The notes under the pieces were generated by a model. That model ran no database searches. It worked only from the letters and a program-made list of their open reading frames with translations, and had not been told where the DNA came from. Shown here one piece after another: positions 58,189 to 60,450 of a DNA stretch of 60,450 nucleotides. The position numbers and the translations under genes were made by a program. Source of the stretch: Actinomycetota bacterium (GTDB taxonomy: Bacteria; Actinomycetota; Thermoleophilia; UBA2241); NCBI GenBank assembly GCA_026392275.1, contig JAPLCM010000093.1:1-60450 (forward strand), written 5' to 3'. How positions within the stretch are numbered: position 1 is the stretch's first letter; every line of letters begins with the position of its first letter.

Positions 58189-59166
58189 GTGAGCGAGATG
58201 ACCCAGGCTGACCCCGAGAAGGCCCGGCCCTCCAGGTCCCCACCTGGACCCAGGACCTCCGTAGTGCCCACGATCGCCGTCGTCTGCGTACTGGCCTGCG
58301 TGCCGCTCGTGTGGCGCAACGACTACATCGTCAGCGTGCTGACCCTGGGCGTGCTCTCCAGCCTGATGGCGCAGAGCTGGAACCTCACCATCGGGCTGTG
58401 TGGCATCTGGAACCTGGGGCAGCTGGCGATCATCGCCATCGGCGGCTACGCCACGGGGATCCTCACCGTCGAGCTCGGCATCTCGGCCTGGCTGGCTCTG
58501 CCGGCAGGCGTGGTCGCGGGCGGCCTGGCCGCGGCCATCATGGTGCTGCCCGTCATCCGCCTGCGCGGCATCTACGCGGCGCTGCTGACCTTCGCGCTGG
58601 CGGAGGTCGTGCGCCTGCTCATCCTCGCCGACGGTACCGGCCTCACCGGCGGCCGAGCCGGTCTCTCGGGCGTCCCGGGGCTGTTCGATCGCCTCTCGTA
58701 CTCGGGGAGCCTGCGCGCCTCCTTCTGGCTTGCGCTGGTGCTCTCCGCGGCGGTCATGCTCCTCGTGCGCGGCATGGTGGCCTCGCCGTTGGGTACCGGC
58801 GTCGACCGACGCCGTCAGGCCATTGTGGCGACTCTCTTCTCGGGCCTCGTGGCTGGCCTCGCCGGCGGGTTGTACGTGACCTACCACCACGGCATCACCC
58901 CGAACTTCATGGCGCTTCGCCCCCTGGGCCTCCTCCTGATCATGGTCATCGTCGGCGGTCTGGGGACGGTGCGCGGCCCGGTCATCGGCGCTCTCGTCGT
59001 CACCGTCCTCGGCGAACTGCTGGGCGAAGCCGCCCTGTGGCGGCTGCTTGCTCTGGGCGCCCTGCTTCTCCTCGTCCTCCTGGTCTGGCCCGCAGGGATC
59101 GACGGGCTGCTCCAGCGTTGCCTCGACAAGATGCGCGCCTGGAGGAAGGGCGGCAAGAAGACCTGA
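58189..59166 (+). CDS. LivM-like branched-chain amino-acid ABC permease; orphan and divergent
   Basis: RLRGIYAALLTFALAEVVRLLI, TGGRAGLSGVP and MVIVGGLGTVRGPVIGA match the LivM pattern. The segment normally carrying the AIRE(D/N)E motif appears to be missing. No livH/G/F/K partners in the window. Confidence 0.55.
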   Translation: MSEMTQADPEKARPSRSPPGPRTSVVPTIAVVCVLACVPLVWRNDYIVSVLTLGVLSSLMAQSWNLTIGLCGIWNLGQLAIIAIGGYATGILTVELGISAWLALPAGVVAGGLAAAIMVLPVIRLRGIYAALLTFALAEVVRLLILADGTGLTGGRAGLSGVPGLFDRLSYSGSLRASFWLALVLSAAVMLLVRGMVASPLGTGVDRRRQAIVATLFSGLVAGLAGGLYVTYHHGITPNFMALRPLGLLLIMVIVGGLGTVRGPVIGALVVTVLGELLGEAALWRLLALGALLLLVLLVWPAGIDGLLQRCLDKMRAWRKGGKKT

Positions 59167-59261
59167 CGTCGACGCGGTCAGGCGGCGGCGACGGCGACGG
59201 CGTTGTGCCTTGCCCGGCGCGGCCGCATACTGCAGGCAGTCCACCAAGGAAGGGGATCACC

Positions 59262-60046
59262 ATGCCAGTTCGCACACTCCGCGGTCTCGCCGCCTGTGCG
59301 GCGGCTGCCGCGCTCGCGGTCTCGGCGGCGGCCTGCGGCGCTTCGAGCTCGACGCCGTCGAGCTCGGCTTCGCCGAGCCCCACGGCGGCCGCGGGTGCCA
59401 CGACCATCACGTACTCCCGCGTCGTGGACCTCCAGCACGTGATCAGCCCGGACATCCCGCTGTGGCCGGGCGATCCCAAGATCGTCTTCAACACCGTCGC
59501 CACGATGAAGGAGGACGGCTACTACCTGCGCAGCTTCACCATCGGCGAGCACAGCGCCACCCACATGAACGCGCCCAACAGCTTCATCGCCGGCGACAAG
59601 CGCTCCATCACGAGCTATGAGGCGGAGCAGCTCGTGGTGCCGGCGGCGGTCATCGACGTGCGCGAGCAGTGCGCCGGCGACCCGGACTACCAGCTCAGCA
59701 AGCAGGACGTGTTCGACTGGGAGGCCGTCAACGGCCAGCTGGCCCCCGGCACCTTCCTGATCATGTATACGGGCTGGCAGGACAAGTGGAACGACCCGAC
59801 GGCCTTCTTCAACATCGACGGCAAGGGCAACCTCCACTTTCCCGGGTTCGCGGGAGACACGACGACGTGGCTCCTGAGCGACCGTCAGGTCGCCGGGGTG
59901 GGCATCGAGGGGCGCACAAGATCGTCATCGAGTGCCTGGGGAACCTGGATCAGCTGCCGGCCACCGGGGCGACGCTGGTACTGGGCATCCTGCGCCTCAA
60001 GGAGGGTTCGGGCTCGCCGCTCAGCGTCATGGCGTTCGTGCCCTGA
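59262..60046 (+). pseudogene. Cyclase-family (kynurenine-formamidase-like) lipoprotein gene disrupted by a frame change near 59905-59915
   Basis: Frame 1 (from ATG 59262): lipobox AAAC, HVISPDIPLWPGDP, GEHSATHMNAP, ...VAGVGIEG, then nonsense. The expected C-terminus AHKIVIECLGNLDQLPATGATLVLGILRLKEGSGSPLSVMAFVP is in another frame and ends at 60046. Confidence 0.6.
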
Positions 60047-60169
60047 GCGCTCGCCGCCGGCCCGGTACTGCCGGGAGGTAAGATAGGAAACAGGCCTCTT
60101 CTTGTTTCAACCGATTCGCACCACTCCGCCGGGTGGCCCTGGTCGGCATCACCCTGGCGGAGCCAGCCC

Positions 60170-60450
60170 TCACGGCAGCGTCGCGACCACGCGTTCGACG
60201 AGCTGGATGAGCGGCGCCGGGTAGACGCCGAAGACGATGAGGAAGGCGGTGAGCGCGGCGAGGACGGCGGCGGAGCCGCCGCCGACCGCCGCGCCCACGC
60301 CGTCCGCGTTCTCGTCCGGCTGCCGCACCCACATGGCCACCACGATCCGCGTGTAGTAGTAGAGGCCGATGGTGCTCGTCAGCACGAGGACGATGATGAG
60401 CGCCCACAGCGCCGCTCCGGCGCCGGCCGTCACGAGGTAGAACTTGCCGA
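60170..60450 (-). CDS. nuoN: NADH-quinone oxidoreductase subunit N, C-terminal end (the gene continues beyond the window)
   Basis: KFYLVTAGAGAALWALIIVLVLTSTIGLYYYTRIVVAMW... is the typical NuoN C-terminus. The frame is open to nt 60450. Confidence 0.75.
   Translation of the reverse strand, partial: GKFYLVTAGAGAALWALIIVLVLTSTIGLYYYTRIVVAMWVRQPDENADGVGAAVGGGSAAVLAALTAFLIVFGVYPAPLIQLVERVVATLP

Noticed and set aside
58311-60086. 591-aa ORF spanning the LivM-like gene, the intergenic region and the cyclase gene
   Set aside because: Only the segment from ATG 59262 to about 59905 is protein-like in this frame. The rest is a shadow read of the LivM gene and post-frameshift nonsense.

Overview
Visibly very GC-rich chromosomal segment. 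Third codon positions are dominated by G/C, and long Arg/Ala/Pro-rich shadow ORFs occur on the opposite strand of almost every real gene. I call about 55 genes. The gene content suggests an anaerobic Actinomycetota-like organism, but this is an inference.

Main content, left to right:
- Selenocysteine operon: selD, a small membrane protein, selA and selB. selD itself is UGA-encoded. The matching tRNA-Sec lies about 17.5 kb away at 23818-23915.
- Three very large multi-GAF c-di-GMP proteins. Two are inverted paralogues with the layout HTH + 5-6 GAF + HD-GYP + sensor + GGDEF; one of these looks frameshifted. The third is GAF/PAS/GGDEF.
- A co-directional cluster at 11.3-20.4 kb with two SDRs, a divergent GcvPA/GcvPB-like pair without gcvT/gcvH, an ATP-NAD-kinase-family protein, a PAS protein and a saccharopine-dehydrogenase-family protein.
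- Housekeeping blocks: ychF, an M28 peptidase, a PAP2 phosphatase, an ACT/UPF0210 pair, rlmN, a galT-like gene, rpmH-rnpA-yidD-yidC-jag, nfo, and the 3' end of nuoN.
- Two ABC-2 exporter sets.
- An unusual fusion of glutamine-dependent asparagine synthetase with a CofE/F420-ligase-like domain, preceded by a small Cys-rich ORF and followed by an ABC-2 exporter.
- Three tandem 30-bp intergenic repeats.
- Several decayed genes with early in-frame TAG codons, a frameshift or an internal deletion.

I saw no rRNA, CRISPR array, transposase, integrase or phage genes. All functional calls rest on motif recognition by eye and need HMM or BLAST confirmation.
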